Assembly (NCBI GenBank): GCA_963749705.1
Contig: CAVVNQ010000006.1
Location: 128,001 to 192,000 of the forward strand
DNA length: 64,000 nucleotides
Direction of reading: 5' to 3'
Source: an uncultured Chloroflexia bacterium
GTDB lineage: Bacteria > Chloroflexota > Limnocylindria > Limnocylindrales > CSP1-4
Part shown: one piece after another, positions 51,495 through 62,640 of the stretch
How the letters are laid out: each line of letters begins with the position of its first letter
Position numbering within the stretch: position 1 is the first letter of the stretch
Notes under the pieces: model-generated
Database searches by the model: none
The model's input: only the letters and a program-made list of their open reading frames with translations
What the model was told of the DNA's origin: nothing
Translations under genes and position numbers: made by a program

Positions 51495-52337
51495 CTAGCG
51501 TCTTGCGTCAACCCCAGGGGTAACCCCGGACGGACCGACGCCTTCCACGAACGGATTCCCGTGACCATTGGTCACGACCGACAGACCCCCGTCAACCATC
51601 AAGCTGGCGCCGGTGACGAAACTCGCCTCGTCCGATGCCAGGAAGACAGCGGGCCAAGCAATCTCGTCCGGCTGACCTATGCGACCGATCGGGTGGATGC
51701 TGCCTGCCCGTCGACGTTCGGCGTCTGGATCCGCGAATGTTGCCCAATAGTCGCTTGTCTGCTGCGTCTCGACATAGGCTGGACAGATTGCGTTGACTCG
51801 AATGTGGAGTGCGGCGTACTCGACGGCAAGTGCGCGGGTCAGACCAATTAGGGCGTGCTTCGCCACTGGATATGGGAAGGCACCAGGAATGATCTGAAAT
51901 GCGTGACTCGACGCGATGTTGACGATGCTGCCGCCGCCTACCCGAAGCATGTGCCGAATCACTTCGCGGCTCAGCCACCAGGACCCGTCGAGGTCGACCG
52001 AGAAACAGCGTCTCCACTGCTCCTCAGACAGCTTCAGTGGGTCCGCGAATACGTCGACTGCGGCATTGTTCACCAACACGGTGGGTGGCCCGTATAGACC
52101 GACTACTTGCGCCACAAGCTCAACGATCGATTGTCGCTTGCTTATGTCGGCACTCACGAACTGGGCATCGTGTCCGGCTGACCGGAGCGTCGCCGCCTGG
52201 CGTTCGCCGACGCTGGCGGTCCGCTGCGCAATTACGACCCGTGCTCCTTCCTCAGCAAACCGTCGAGTGATCGCCGCCCCTATCCCCTGACCGCCACCCG
52301 TGACGATGGCTACCTTTCCCTTCAGCCTTTCGCCCAT
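51495..52337 (-). CDS. SDR oxidoreductase, sugar (galactose-type) dehydrogenase-like
   Basis: TGGGQGIG, VNNAA, NIASSH, FPYPVAKH, DEASF..G..L.VDGG. Confidence 0.88.
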   Translation of the reverse strand: MGERLKGKVAIVTGGGQGIGAAITRRFAEEGARVVIAQRTASVGERQAATLRSAGHDAQFVSADISKRQSIVELVAQVVGLYGPPTVLVNNAAVDVFADPLKLSEEQWRRCFSVDLDGSWWLSREVIRHMLRVGGGSIVNIASSHAFQIIPGAFPYPVAKHALIGLTRALAVEYAALHIRVNAICPAYVETQQTSDYWATFADPDAERRRAGSIHPIGRIGQPDEIAWPAVFLASDEASFVTGASLMVDGGLSVVTNGHGNPFVEGVGPSGVTPGVDARR

Positions 52338-52817
52338 GACGTACCTCCTCGGACAATGCGTCCCAATCCAGTCGACTCGCGAACCAACCCCACTTCCGAG
52401 GGCGCGCAAACCCGGACCTCCACCCACCGCGTCTCCCAAGGGGAGTCCGCTGGACGGCGTGAAGAGGTTGAGCCATCGGGTGTAGGCCGCCGCCATCTAC
52501 CCGTTCTCGAGGTGAACCGTGGCGCTTTGTATGCCGATGCCCGGAGTTCATTACCTGGGCGACACTTGTCCAATGGGCTACTTTTCGATGCTCTCGGCGA
52601 CGAGGGACCTCCGCCAGATGAGACAACCAGCCGATTTCGGGGTTGCGGGATGAAAGAGTCGTCGATCTGAGGTAGTGCGTCCGAGCCCAGGCAGCGCTCG
52701 GTGCTGATGCGCAGCTCCGACGCTCGAGCGACCAGCTCCTTTAGCGATGTGCGCAATTCGATCGCTGTGACACCAATAGCGACCGCAAGCCTCCCACGCA
52801 TGTCCTCGAATGCCTGG

Positions 52818-53708
52818 CTACCCGGCGAATGTGTCCGTTGGTAGACCCCTTACACCGGGGCGGACAACGAACAGGGCGCCGGCATGTGGCTGACGGTCAA
52901 GTTCCAGTTGCGCGAGCCCATGCGTTGCGGAGGTCACGTACAGGTCGGCTAGGTCGTCACCCCCGAAGACGCAGCTCGTGACCTGTGTCACTGGAAACCG
53001 AACCTCAGCCTCCAGCTTGCCCCTTGGCGAATAGCGCCGAACGGCTGAGCCACCCCACAATGCGACCCAAATATGCCCTTCAGCGTCAACGGTCAATCCG
53101 TCGGGGGTACCCTCGGATTCTGGGATCGTGACCACGTTACGTCGATCGAAGATCCTTCCCGTTTCCGGATCGTGGGAGAACGCGTCGACCTGCTGAGTCA
53201 GCGAATCGATGTAGTAGAAGATCTGGTCATCGGGGCTCCACCCGAGCCCATTCGAAAGCTTCACGTCCAACAGGACCGTCGCAACTTCGCCGTTCTTGTC
53301 GAGTCGGTAGAGCGCGCCAGTTGACCCCTGTTCGTCGACTGCTGTGGTGCCGGCCCAGAATCGCCCAGATCGATCGCACTTCCCATCGTTCATCATGTTC
53401 TCTGGAACGTCTGACTCGACCAACGCCACTTTGGTCAAGGTGGCTCGGTCTGATTCAAGGCACCAGAAACCATCAGCAAGCGCAAGAACGAGTCCGCCAG
53501 ACTGACGAGGTGCGGCCGCACCCACAGGCTGACCCAAATGAAGCGATGTAGATCGGCCTGTTGCAGGGTCGTACCATTGGATGATGCCGCCGAACTGGTC
53601 AACCCAGACAAGCTGACGACCACGTGCGTCCCATGCCGGACTCTCGCCGCAATCAGCGTGAGCGTCGAGGGCGATGCGAGGCAACAGCTCGCTCACCGCC
53701 TCCGCCAT
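52818..53708 (-). CDS. SMP-30/gluconolactonase family sugar lactonase
   Basis: GESPAWD, NDGKCD..GRFWAGT, SNGLGWSPD, PDGLTVD.EG, FGG..L..LYVTS. Confidence 0.92.
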   Translation of the reverse strand: MAEAVSELLPRIALDAHADCGESPAWDARGRQLVWVDQFGGIIQWYDPATGRSTSLHLGQPVGAAAPRQSGGLVLALADGFWCLESDRATLTKVALVESDVPENMMNDGKCDRSGRFWAGTTAVDEQGSTGALYRLDKNGEVATVLLDVKLSNGLGWSPDDQIFYYIDSLTQQVDAFSHDPETGRIFDRRNVVTIPESEGTPDGLTVDAEGHIWVALWGGSAVRRYSPRGKLEAEVRFPVTQVTSCVFGGDDLADLYVTSATHGLAQLELDRQPHAGALFVVRPGVRGLPTDTFAG

Positions 53709-54362
53709 CTAGAAGATGCCGAATGTCCTGAACGCATCAGATGCGCTTGCGCCACCTTCGATCGCCTCCCTCATGCGCTCTTCTTCATGCATCTTCTCCA
53801 GCGCAAGCCCCAGCACCTCAGCTTCGACGATCTTCGGGACGACCAACACGCCGTCGCGGTCACCGACAACAAGATCTCCCGGGCTGACGTCCACACCGTG
53901 GACATCGATCCGCACGCGAAAGTCAACGACCACCGACCTGAACGCGGCGTCCTGCGCATACGACCCACGGCTGAACACCGGCCAGGACTGCTCCAAAATC
54001 CGGTCGGTGTCGCGATGGAAAGCGTTGACGACTGCGCCCACAGCTCCCCGGCGCCGCGCCGCTGCGGTCATCAGCTCCCCCCAGGCGGCGCACGGGAGAT
54101 CTCCACCAGACGCGAGGTAGACGTCGCCCTCTTCCAACTGGTCCAGCGCTGCCGTAAGGTTCGCGAACCCCTGCCCTCTGACCTTTGTTGAGGCCGCCAG
54201 CTGCACCGGCATCGCTCGGCCCACCACCCTCATGCCGGTGTCGATCGCACGAACGTCGGCCGGCAGGAACTGGGTCATGTAGCCCATCGTGTCGAGAATG
54301 TCCCCCAGAACCGCGGTGTAGAGCCTCTCCCGGACGACGAGATCGACGGAGTTGTCAGTCAC
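53709..54362 (-). CDS. RraA-like / HMG aldolase family protein
   Basis: LYTAVLGDILD, GRA, WGELM, GAVV....RD, PGDLVVGD.DGV.VVP. Confidence 0.87.
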   Translation of the reverse strand: MTDNSVDLVVRERLYTAVLGDILDTMGYMTQFLPADVRAIDTGMRVVGRAMPVQLAASTKVRGQGFANLTAALDQLEEGDVYLASGGDLPCAAWGELMTAAARRRGAVGAVVNAFHRDTDRILEQSWPVFSRGSYAQDAAFRSVVVDFRVRIDVHGVDVSPGDLVVGDRDGVLVVPKIVEAEVLGLALEKMHEEERMREAIEGGASASDAFRTFGIF

Positions 54363-54536
54363 GCTGGGACCCCGTTTCTGAAGGTCTTCGAGGGTGTGGG
54401 CGACGTCGACATATTCGATGCCGAGAATGGCAGCAGGCTCCGCTCTGTCGCCCGTATCTCTGTCGCCATCGACGGGTCGCCCGCCTCGATCGCAAATGCC
54501 ACGAGAATCGAGATCAGCAGGGATTCGCTCCTGCAT

Positions 54537-56000
54537 CTTAGCCCGGATCCACCGAACCTCATCGTCTGATGGGTCGATGACGGGCGCGGGGCCCCGATCG
54601 AGCCGTTGGCGGGGCATGGCCGGGCGAAGGACGGTCGATGGACAGCCGAAGCAGGCTCCCACGGCGTCGCCGACCGACGGGGGGTCGATTTCTTCCCACG
54701 CTCCCGCCAGCCCCGGATCGGCGACTGGTGATCGCGCTCAGGTCAGGCGAGGAGCGGCATGGCCCGGAACCGCGCCAGGGCTGCCGTCCAGTCGATCGCC
54801 CAGGGCCAGCGACCCGGCAAGTGCAGCGTGACCCGCCGGGCTGAGCGGGTGAGCCGCCCGACGAGCCCGAACAACCGCCGCCGGAGGGTCTTGGTGGTGA
54901 CGATCCCGGCCCCCAGACCGAGCCGCGCCGTCCAGCGGGCGAGGTTGTGCGCAATGACCTGGACCGCGAGCCAGGCGCCGTTGGCCGCGAACCTCCCGGA
55001 CGGCAGGTGGTTGAGCCCCATGCCGTACTTGAGATCCCGGATCGCGTTCTCGATCTCGGCGTGCCGGCGGTGGTCCGCTTCGAGCTCCAGCATCTCGCCG
55101 TCGCGGTCGGTGATGAACGCGTGGTAGTCGTACAGGGTGAGGAGCGCGAGCTGGCTGCCTGGCGTCGGCTTCACCCGGCGGACGATGAGCCGGACCGGGA
55201 CCGCGTCCTTCTCGTCGGCGAACGGGACATAGCTGGTCTCGGCGACATCCGCCCCGCCCCCGATCCAGTACGGGATCGGCGTCCAGTCTGACTCCGGGAT
55301 CGCCTCGATGAGGCCCCGGAGCTTGCGGCCGTGCAGCCGCGCCGTGATCGAGAAGCGGACATCCATCGCCCGGCAGACGGCGACGACCGCGTGAGCATAG
55401 AAGCCGGAGTCGGCGCGCATCGTGAGCTCGCCCATGGCTCCCGCGGATCGGACCCGCCCGATCGTCTCGCGCAGGAAGTGGGCGGCGCCCCGGACCGTGG
55501 CGGCCCGTCCCTCGCGCAGCCTCGCCATCAGCACGTCGCCCGTGCCGGCCGCGACCGCGAGCAGCGGGTGATAGCCGCGGACGTGGGTGTACCCGTGATG
55601 GATGGCACCCTCCTTGGCCAGGCCGTACGTCTCGCAGATCGTGGAGTCGAGGTCGATCGTGAGGGGTGCATCGCCCGGACCCGCGCCCGCCGCCCACGCC
55701 CGCGCGAGGAGCTCCCGGCTCACCCGGTCGAGCTGGCGGACATGGCCCCAGCGGAAGCTGCGCAGGAAGGTGCCCAGGGTGGAGGGGGCCTTGACGCTGA
55801 AGCCCAGGATCCGGCTGGTTCCGCCGGCGCGCAGGGCGTCCGCGTCGTCGATCGAGTCGCCGCCCGCGAGCGCGGACATGATGAGCGTGAGCAGCTTGTC
55901 GCCCACGTTCGCCCGGCCGGCAGCCCGGCCCAGATCGAGGAACCGATCGACCAGTCCCTTCAGGCCCAGGTGGAGAGCCAGGGTGGCAGGCACGGGTACC
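54537..56000 (-). mobile_element. IS1380-family element, transposase 5'-truncated (ORF ends 54743)
   Basis: IDLDST, GYHPL, RADSGFY, E..HRRHA.IEN.IRDLK, PSGRF.AN.AW, LHLP..WPW; right end TCGGTGGATCCGGGCTAAG. Confidence 0.88.
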
Positions 56001-56049
56001 CAACGGCTCGATCTCTCCACGACCATCCAGATTGTTGGGCCAGAGGCTC

Positions 56050-56997
56050 TCACCCTACGTAATAGTCGTGTTCCTGCAACCATCTAACGGCTTCCTTGAC
56101 AGCGCCCAGCGATGAGTGTCGCGGTTCAAAGCCGATCAGGCGCCTGGCCTTCTCCATGCTGCAATTGGGGCTGTGAGAGATGTGATCCCATGTTGCGGCC
56201 GCGTCTTCCGCGACCACCGTCTTGCGCCAATCTTCCCACGGTAAATACTCGATCTTTGGTTCATGGTCATGCCACGCGAACATCAATTCGGCATAGCCGC
56301 GAAGTGTGAGTGCGGCAGGTGACACGGCGTGGAACGATTGCCCTACGGACGGACCCCAGTTATTGATGGCGGCAATGAAGAGTGAGGCAACATCCTCCGC
56401 GTGGACGTGGTGTACCGTCTCCAGGCCGAAGTTCGGTAGGCAGATCGTCTCGCCGGCAGCCACGCGTCGGAACACCTCGACGTTGACGTTGCCCATGGGA
56501 TTCACGGGAAGCCAGCCAGGACCGACGATGTGGCCCGGATGGACAACAGTCGCCGGGAGACGGCCCGCGCGCAATTCCCGCTCGAGGTATTCGGTGATAG
56601 CAAGTTTCTGGAGGCCGTAGCTGCCAAAGGGTTTCCTGTTGGCGTCCTCGGTCGTTGGAACGGCGCTGCTCGCGCCGTGAATCCAGATTGAGCCGCACAC
56701 AAGCAGGTGCGAGATCGATCCGCGCAGGGCCTCCGCGAGCGCCACCGCGCTCTTGAGCTCAAGGCAAATCATGTCGATCACGATGTCGGCATTGAGCCCT
56801 GAAATGGCCGCGGCAAACGCCGCGTGGTCGCCGGTCCGCTCCAGAGACAAATGGTCGGCGTGCGCAAAGGCGGGATGGTTGCGGTAAGGACGTCGCTTGC
56901 CCCTGCTCACCGCGATGACCAGGTGCCCCGCCTCTTCGAGCATTGGGACCAAATACGTTCCAACGTGGCCGGTTGCTCCGATTACGACAACTCTCAT
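56050..56997 (-). CDS. NAD-dependent epimerase/dehydratase
   Basis: IGATGHVG, YGLQK, HPGHIVGPG, VHAEDVA. Confidence 0.88.
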   Translation of the reverse strand: MRVVVIGATGHVGTYLVPMLEEAGHLVIAVSRGKRRPYRNHPAFAHADHLSLERTGDHAAFAAAISGLNADIVIDMICLELKSAVALAEALRGSISHLLVCGSIWIHGASSAVPTTEDANRKPFGSYGLQKLAITEYLERELRAGRLPATVVHPGHIVGPGWLPVNPMGNVNVEVFRRVAAGETICLPNFGLETVHHVHAEDVASLFIAAINNWGPSVGQSFHAVSPAALTLRGYAELMFAWHDHEPKIEYLPWEDWRKTVVAEDAAATWDHISHSPNCSMEKARRLIGFEPRHSSLGAVKEAVRWLQEHDYYVG

Positions 56998-57279
56998 TGG
57001 TCTCCTCTGCGGCTTCCACGCAGTCTTCGCCCGCTATCGTCTGGCGGACCCCAAGACGATCCGGCTCGAACTGGCACGCGCATGCCGAATTGTTGCGCGC
57101 CCTGGGAAATGCCGCGTGGAGGCTGCCCCTCCCAACCCGCGAAGGACAGGCGCTGGAGACGCGAAAGGAGGGCTACCAGACAAGGTTATCGTGCTCCGTC
57201 GACATCAGCCGCCGCCATCCAACTCCCAAGTGCCACGCCGGTCCACCGAGTCGTAGTACGTCTGGGGCCGCCACCACCG

Positions 57280-57570
57280 AACGTTGGCTTCGGCGAAGAG
57301 TATCCGGCCGAGACGACCCTTGCGACTGCATCATGCATGGCCTGCACGGCGGGCAGGAACCGCCGATTGAATATCGGGGCAAGGATGATCCCCGCCGCAT
57401 CGCAGGCCGCGATCGTCCGATCGACCCGCTGCACCATCACCTCGAGGGGCTTTACGCAGACGACGTGCCTGCCGGAGCGGGCCGCGGCAACTACAGGCCC
57501 AAGGTAGTCGCCACTTCGAGTGCAGACGCTGACAACATCGATGTCCTCCCGCTCCAAGCATGACGTTGTA
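57280..57570 (-). pseudogene. Gfo/Idh/MocA oxidoreductase fragment
   Basis: DIDVVSVCT.SG......AA.SGRHVVC.KPL....RF.P; no intact start or end. Confidence 0.7.
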
Positions 57571-57599
57571 GTCGCTGAAAGACGGAGAACCGGCGGGGT

Positions 57600-57827
57600 T
57601 CCAAACTGCTGTTCCAGGTGCTGACCGAGCGCGGCAAGCAAGCTTCGATCGCGGTCGCCTCCAACGCGCGGTTCTCCGAGTGGGGCCAGGCCTTCACCAA
57701 CCCCAGGCATGCCGCGGCGGTCGTCGACCTGTTCAAGTTTCGGGCCTACATCCTCGAGACGGGCGGCTCGTCCTTCCACCTGCGGACCAGCCAGACTAGA
57801 CGGAAGGAGACACCCCCAGCCGGCTGA
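57600..57827 (+). mobile_element. istB: IS21 helper ATPase IstB C-terminal remnant
   Basis: LLFQVLTER...SIAVASN..FSEW...F..PR..AA.VD.....ETG..SF. Confidence 0.8.
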
Positions 57828-57849
57828 TCACCGACCATATCGAAGGTCA

Positions 57850-58105
57850 AGCCCTCCGGACCAGGCCAAGCGTGAGGCATTCGCGAGGCTCATCGCCGAG
57901 GGCGTTCCCTCGGCCCGGGCGTGCCGGGTTGTCGGGCCCAACCGCGCACCTGCAAGCGGTGGCGCAACGGGCGCCGCATACGTCCGGCGGTCGCGTGCTG
58001 GACTATGGCTCCCGTGATCACCTCCGTTCCCGAGAGGCAGTATTCACCGCGATACCTGTCCGCGAGGACGAGCGCGTGCGCCTGGCCGACCTGCGCCGGG
58101 AGGGA
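57850..58105 (+). mobile_element. degenerate IS30 transposase N-terminal fragment
   Basis: REAFARLIAEGVPSARA..; diverged inverted copy of about 58945-59190. Confidence 0.75.
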
Positions 58106-58123
58106 CGCACGAACGCACCGACC

Positions 58124-59252
58124 TCTGTGGACTTGGGGAAGTAGTCGCGGAGCATCCCGTTCGTGTGCTCGTTGGTGCGCCGCTGCCATGACGAGTGCGG
58201 GTCGCAGAAGTAGACGCCCGTCGAGCCGAGGGCCGCGGCGACCTCGGCGTGGCGGGCCATCTCGGCGCCCTGGTCCCAGGTGAGCGTCCGGCGCAGCCCG
58301 GGCGGCAGCGCGCCGAGCGCCGCCACGACGGCGTCGCGCACGGTCGCCGAGTCCCGCCGCGCCCCGGGCAGGTGGCCAAGCAGCGTGTACCTCGTGGTCC
58401 GCTCGACCAGCGTGACGATCGCCGACACGTGCCCCCTGCCCATGATCAGGTCACCCTCCCAGTGCCCGGGCTGCTCGCGGTCAAGCGCGGACGCGGGCCG
58501 CTCGCGGATCGGGGTCATGCCGGCGACCGGACCGGTCCGGCGGGCCTGCGCGTCGCGCCTGCGGAGCCTCCGCCGGCGCCGGAGGCGCAGCACCCGACCC
58601 GGGAGCTCACGGGGGAGGCCGCCGAGGTCGGGGCGGTACACGGCCTGGTAGATAGTCTCGGCGCACAGCCAGCGACTGGCCTGGCCGGGGAACCGGCGCC
58701 GGAGGCCGCGGGAGACCTGCTCCGGGCTCCAGCGCGCCAGGAGCCTGCCCGCGACCCAGCCGCGCAGCTCGGGGTCCACGGACAGTCGGCTCGGGCGGCG
58801 CAGCCGGCGGCGGCCCAGCGCCTTGCGGTGCGCCTCGAACGGGCGGAACCGGCCGGCGTCGTCCGCGCCGCGCCGGAGCTCCCGGCTCACCGTCGAGGGC
58901 GACGCTGCCATCATGGCGGCGATGTCTCGCGCACGCCGCGCCCCTCGAGGCGCAGGTCGGCGAGCTGGATGCGTTCGTCCTCGGACAGGTAGCGCGGGGA
59001 GTAGTGCTTCTCGGGGACGGGGGTGATCACGGGCGGCAAGTCCAGCACACGGCCGCCGGACGCGAGTCGCCGGCCGTTGCGCCACCGCCTGCCGGTGCTT
59101 GGGTTGACCCCGACCATGCGCGACGCCCGGGCCGAGGGGACGCCCTCGGCGATCAGCCGGGCGAACGCCTCGCGCCTGTCATGGTCGGGACTCTTTCCTC
59201 GGCGGCCCATCGCAACTCCTCGCGGGTGTTGCGACGCTCGCCAGATTCCGCC
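58124..59252 (-). mobile_element. IS30-family element, frameshifted and 3'-truncated
   Basis: RYLSEDER, STVSRELRR, WSPEQ, ETIYQ, PGHWEGDLI, TLVER, TWDQG.EM, FCDPHS.WQR.TNE.TNG.LR.YFPK; left end GGCGGAATC..TCGCAACAC. Confidence 0.88.
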
Positions 59253-59349
59253 TGATCATTCCCACCCGTGCGATTCGAGGGAGATGCGGGGTCCGCATGC
59301 GAGCGTCCCATGGGCACGGCGAGCGGAACACGGTCCTGCTGCCCATCAG

Positions 59350-60222
59350 TCACTGCACCTCCCCGATGCCCGGGCCGGATCGTGGGTCGAGCCGGTCGAA
59401 GATGTTCTGGAGGTGATCACGGCTCTGCGCCATGACCTCCCGCGCCGGCGGGAGGTTGGCCAGATCCCAGCGGCGCTCATATTCGAGCGAGAGGAACCCG
59501 GAGTAGCCGCCAGCATCAAGTTCGGCGGCAATATCGGTCCAGTCCACCGCCCCGGCTCCGATGGGAACGGCCCGCGGAGTGCCCTCAACGAAGACGAAGT
59601 CCTTGGCATGAACGTGCCGCACGTACGCGGCCTGAAGTGCAAATCCAGTCGCGGCTGACGGATCGTTGACCAAGATCAAGTTCGCCGGGTCGAAGATCAC
59701 CCCAAATACCGGATCCTCGAGCGCTTCGAGAATCGCCAGCGTGCTCCCGACCGAGTCAGCAAGTGTGCCTTCATGGTTCTCGATGTTCAGACTTACTCGC
59801 GCAGATTTAGCCTCCGCGGCAACAGCAGCGAGAGAGTCAAGCAGCTTCCCGACACGCGCGCGGCCAGTCTCGGCGGAGCGTCCCGCGAGGATCCTGACGC
59901 CCGAGCAGCTCAGTTCGTGCGCCATGCCGATGACGCGTCTGAGCTGATCGACGGCGGCAATTCGCACTCCCTCGTCGGCAGCGTTGAGCCCATATGTGTA
60001 TGGCGTCAGCCCTGCAATCACCAGACCAGCATCAAGCGACATCCGAGCAACTCTGCGAAGCTGCCCGGGCGATGCACGGTGGCTAATGCCACACTGATAA
60101 CCGTCATCAACGATTACTTCGATCCCGTCGAGATCCAGTTCGCGAAACAGACGGATTGCCGACTCTAGGTCGAGTTCGGGTGTTCCTAGCGTATGGCCAC
60201 AGAACCGAATCGACCTACTCAC
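59350..60222 (-). CDS. sugar phosphate isomerase/epimerase (xylose isomerase-like TIM barrel)
   Basis: DGIE, IENH, FDPAN, HVHAKD, G.G.VDW, SLEYE. Confidence 0.85.
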   Translation of the reverse strand: MSRSIRFCGHTLGTPELDLESAIRLFRELDLDGIEVIVDDGYQCGISHRASPGQLRRVARMSLDAGLVIAGLTPYTYGLNAADEGVRIAAVDQLRRVIGMAHELSCSGVRILAGRSAETGRARVGKLLDSLAAVAAEAKSARVSLNIENHEGTLADSVGSTLAILEALEDPVFGVIFDPANLILVNDPSAATGFALQAAYVRHVHAKDFVFVEGTPRAVPIGAGAVDWTDIAAELDAGGYSGFLSLEYERRWDLANLPPAREVMAQSRDHLQNIFDRLDPRSGPGIGEVQ

Positions 60223-60603
60223 TAGACTCCAGGGATGCAAGGCAATAGATGACCGGAACATCTGGCGATTGACAGTCAGCAGATCGTTCCAGGCCCCGCG
60301 GATGACATCCTCGACGAGTCGTGACCGTCAGCAGAATGTAATCTTACCATTCAACGGTGAACAGCACCTATCGGTTGTCGTCCGACACGACGCCGACCGC
60401 AATCTTGTCGCGCACCGCAAGCCGGTGGCCGTCGACAGACAGGCCGATCGCTCCACCGATGCTCAGCACGAACTGATCCGTCAGTGGGGCGCGAGCACCC
60501 ATACCGCGGCGGTCGAGTCAGCCCGCGCGCCAAGGGGGCCGCTGCCGTCGCCTTCGCCGGCTTGATGGCCCAGCCACTGCAGACAGACCGGGCTGAATGC
60601 GTC

Positions 60604-60848
60604 TGAACCGTACTGTGCGATGGAGGCTCCCTTCCTTGGAGGAAGTTTGAGCCATGGCAGAACACCTCACGTCCCGCCCTGCCCTGCGGCGGTATCCTCC
60701 AGAGTTGAAGGAGCGAGCCGTCCGGCTGGTCGCCGAGACGGCCGCCGAGCACGGCGAGCGCCACGGCGCGGTCGGCCTCGAGGCGAGACGGCTCGGCATC
60801 GGCCTCGAGTCCCTCCGCCTGAGCGCCGGCGATGTCGATCCGTCGTGA
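60604..60848 (+). mobile_element. IS3-family remnant (left end plus truncated orfA)
   Basis: TGAACCG end; RRYPPELKERAVRLV..A..LGIG.ESLR. Confidence 0.78.
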
Positions 60849-62165
60849 CGACGATCCACCGGTCCCCCAGGTCGGGCGCTCGCGCGGCTTCCTCGTGGCT
60901 GGACGTGTTCCGCCACGAGCGCCTGCCGTCGTGGGCGCTGGTGCGCCATGAGATGGACCGCACCGAGATCGACGACATCGACGCGGCCGTGAACGCAGCG
61001 ATGGGCCCGGTCCGCGATCGCCTGCCGCGCGGCGGCCGCGCGTGCGTCGCGCTCGGAAGCCGTGGGATCGACCAGATCGACGAGGTCGCCCGCGCCACCG
61101 TGGGCGCGCTCCGTGCCGCCGGCCTCGAGGTGTTTGCCGTGCCCGCGATGGGCAGCCATGGGGGCGCGACCGCGGACGGTCAGCGCGGCGGTGCTCGCAT
61201 CGCTGGGGATCCGCGAGGACACCATCGGCTGCGAGATCCGCTCGAGCATGGAGACCGTGGAGATCGGCGACGTCCACGGCGTGCCCGTGTTCGTGGATCG
61301 CGAGGCGCTCTCGGGCGCCGACGTGATCATCCCGATCAACCGGGTGAAGCCCCACACGGACTTCTCGGGACCCATCGAGAGCGGGCTGCTCAAGATGATC
61401 GCGATCGGCCTCGGCAAGCAGCGCGGTGCCGACACGTTCCATCGCGAAGGGTTCTCGACGTTCGCGGAGCTGATCCCCGCGGTCGCCGCCCACACGCTCG
61501 CCGCGGCACCGATCCCGTTCGGCCTGGCGCTGATCGAGAACGGCTTCGCGCGCCTCCGGCGGATCGAGGCAGTCCCGGCTGCCGGCATGTACGAGCGCGA
61601 GCAGGCGCTGCTCGCCGAGGCCGACGGGTACCTCGCGCGGCTGCCGATCGCGGCTCTCGACGTGCTGATCCTGGACCGGATCGGCAAGGACGTCAGCGGG
61701 CTGGGCATGGACTCCAACGTCGTGGGGCGCTACTACACGGGCCCGACCGGGCGGGACCCGCTCATCCAGCGGATCGTCGTGCGCGACCTGACCGATGCAA
61801 CCGAGGGCAACGCCGTGGGCATCGGGATGGCCGACGTCGTGCTCCGGCGGGCCGTCGACCGCATGGACGCCGCCAAGACGTACATGAACTGCGTCACGGC
61901 CAAGACACCCGAGGGCGGGCGCATGGCGCTGACGGTTGACACCGACGGGGAGGCACTGGACGTGGCAATCGCGTGCTGCCTCAAGGTGCAGGCGGAGATC
62001 GCGCGGATCGTCCGCATGCTGGACACGAAGCACCTGGAGTGGTTCTACGCGTCTGAGCCGCTGGTCGACGAGCTGCTGGCGACCGGGGCCTGCGAGCTGG
62101 CCGGCCCGTTGACGCCGATTAGATTCGACGCTGCCGGACGGTTCACGGATGCGCTGCCGATCTGA
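60845..62165 (+). CDS. LarA-like/DUF362 domain protein, frameshift near 61185
   Basis: GSRGI, VPAMGSHGGATA.GQ, INRVKPHTDF.GPIESGL.KM..IGLGK..GA, GK.VSG.GMD.NV.GR, GNA.G.G.AD. Confidence 0.85.
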
Positions 62166-62249
62166 TGGCCCGCGGGCAACGAGCGACATCCGGACGGCGA
62201 GCCGCGCCCGGCCGCCGAGCGGGACCACCCGCTCCCTCGACCCCTTGCC
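62166..62249. repeat. 84-bp near-identical copy of integrase 2 internal segment 46557-46640
   Basis: TGGCCCGCGGGCAACGAGCGACATCC...CGACCCCTTGCC, one mismatch, same orientation. Confidence 0.92.
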
Positions 62250-62640
62250 TATGGCGCGATTACAGGCGGCGGTGAAGTGGTAGGATCGGCCTCGGGCACC
62301 GTGTTCGTGAATGTGGCACCTCCCACACCGAGGCAGCACTGCTTGAAGCGTGAACTCTCCACTATGGCGCCGACGTCCCCGGCGGCGGGGCGCTTGTGCT
62401 GCAACGCGGGGATTTCATTGCCAATGACCAGCACCAGTTCGTTCAGTTCCTTAAGTTGAGCGGCCTCGCCTCCATCACTCTCGGAATCGATGGCGCTTCA
62501 CAGCACGTGTCTTTCGGCACTTCACTTTACACGTCCGAAACACTGACCGTTCAAAATTGGTCTTCGGACCCGACCAGCAACACCATCTACTTTGTCTCGA
62601 CACCCGACCAGGAGTTTCCCGACACCATATTTTTTGAGGG

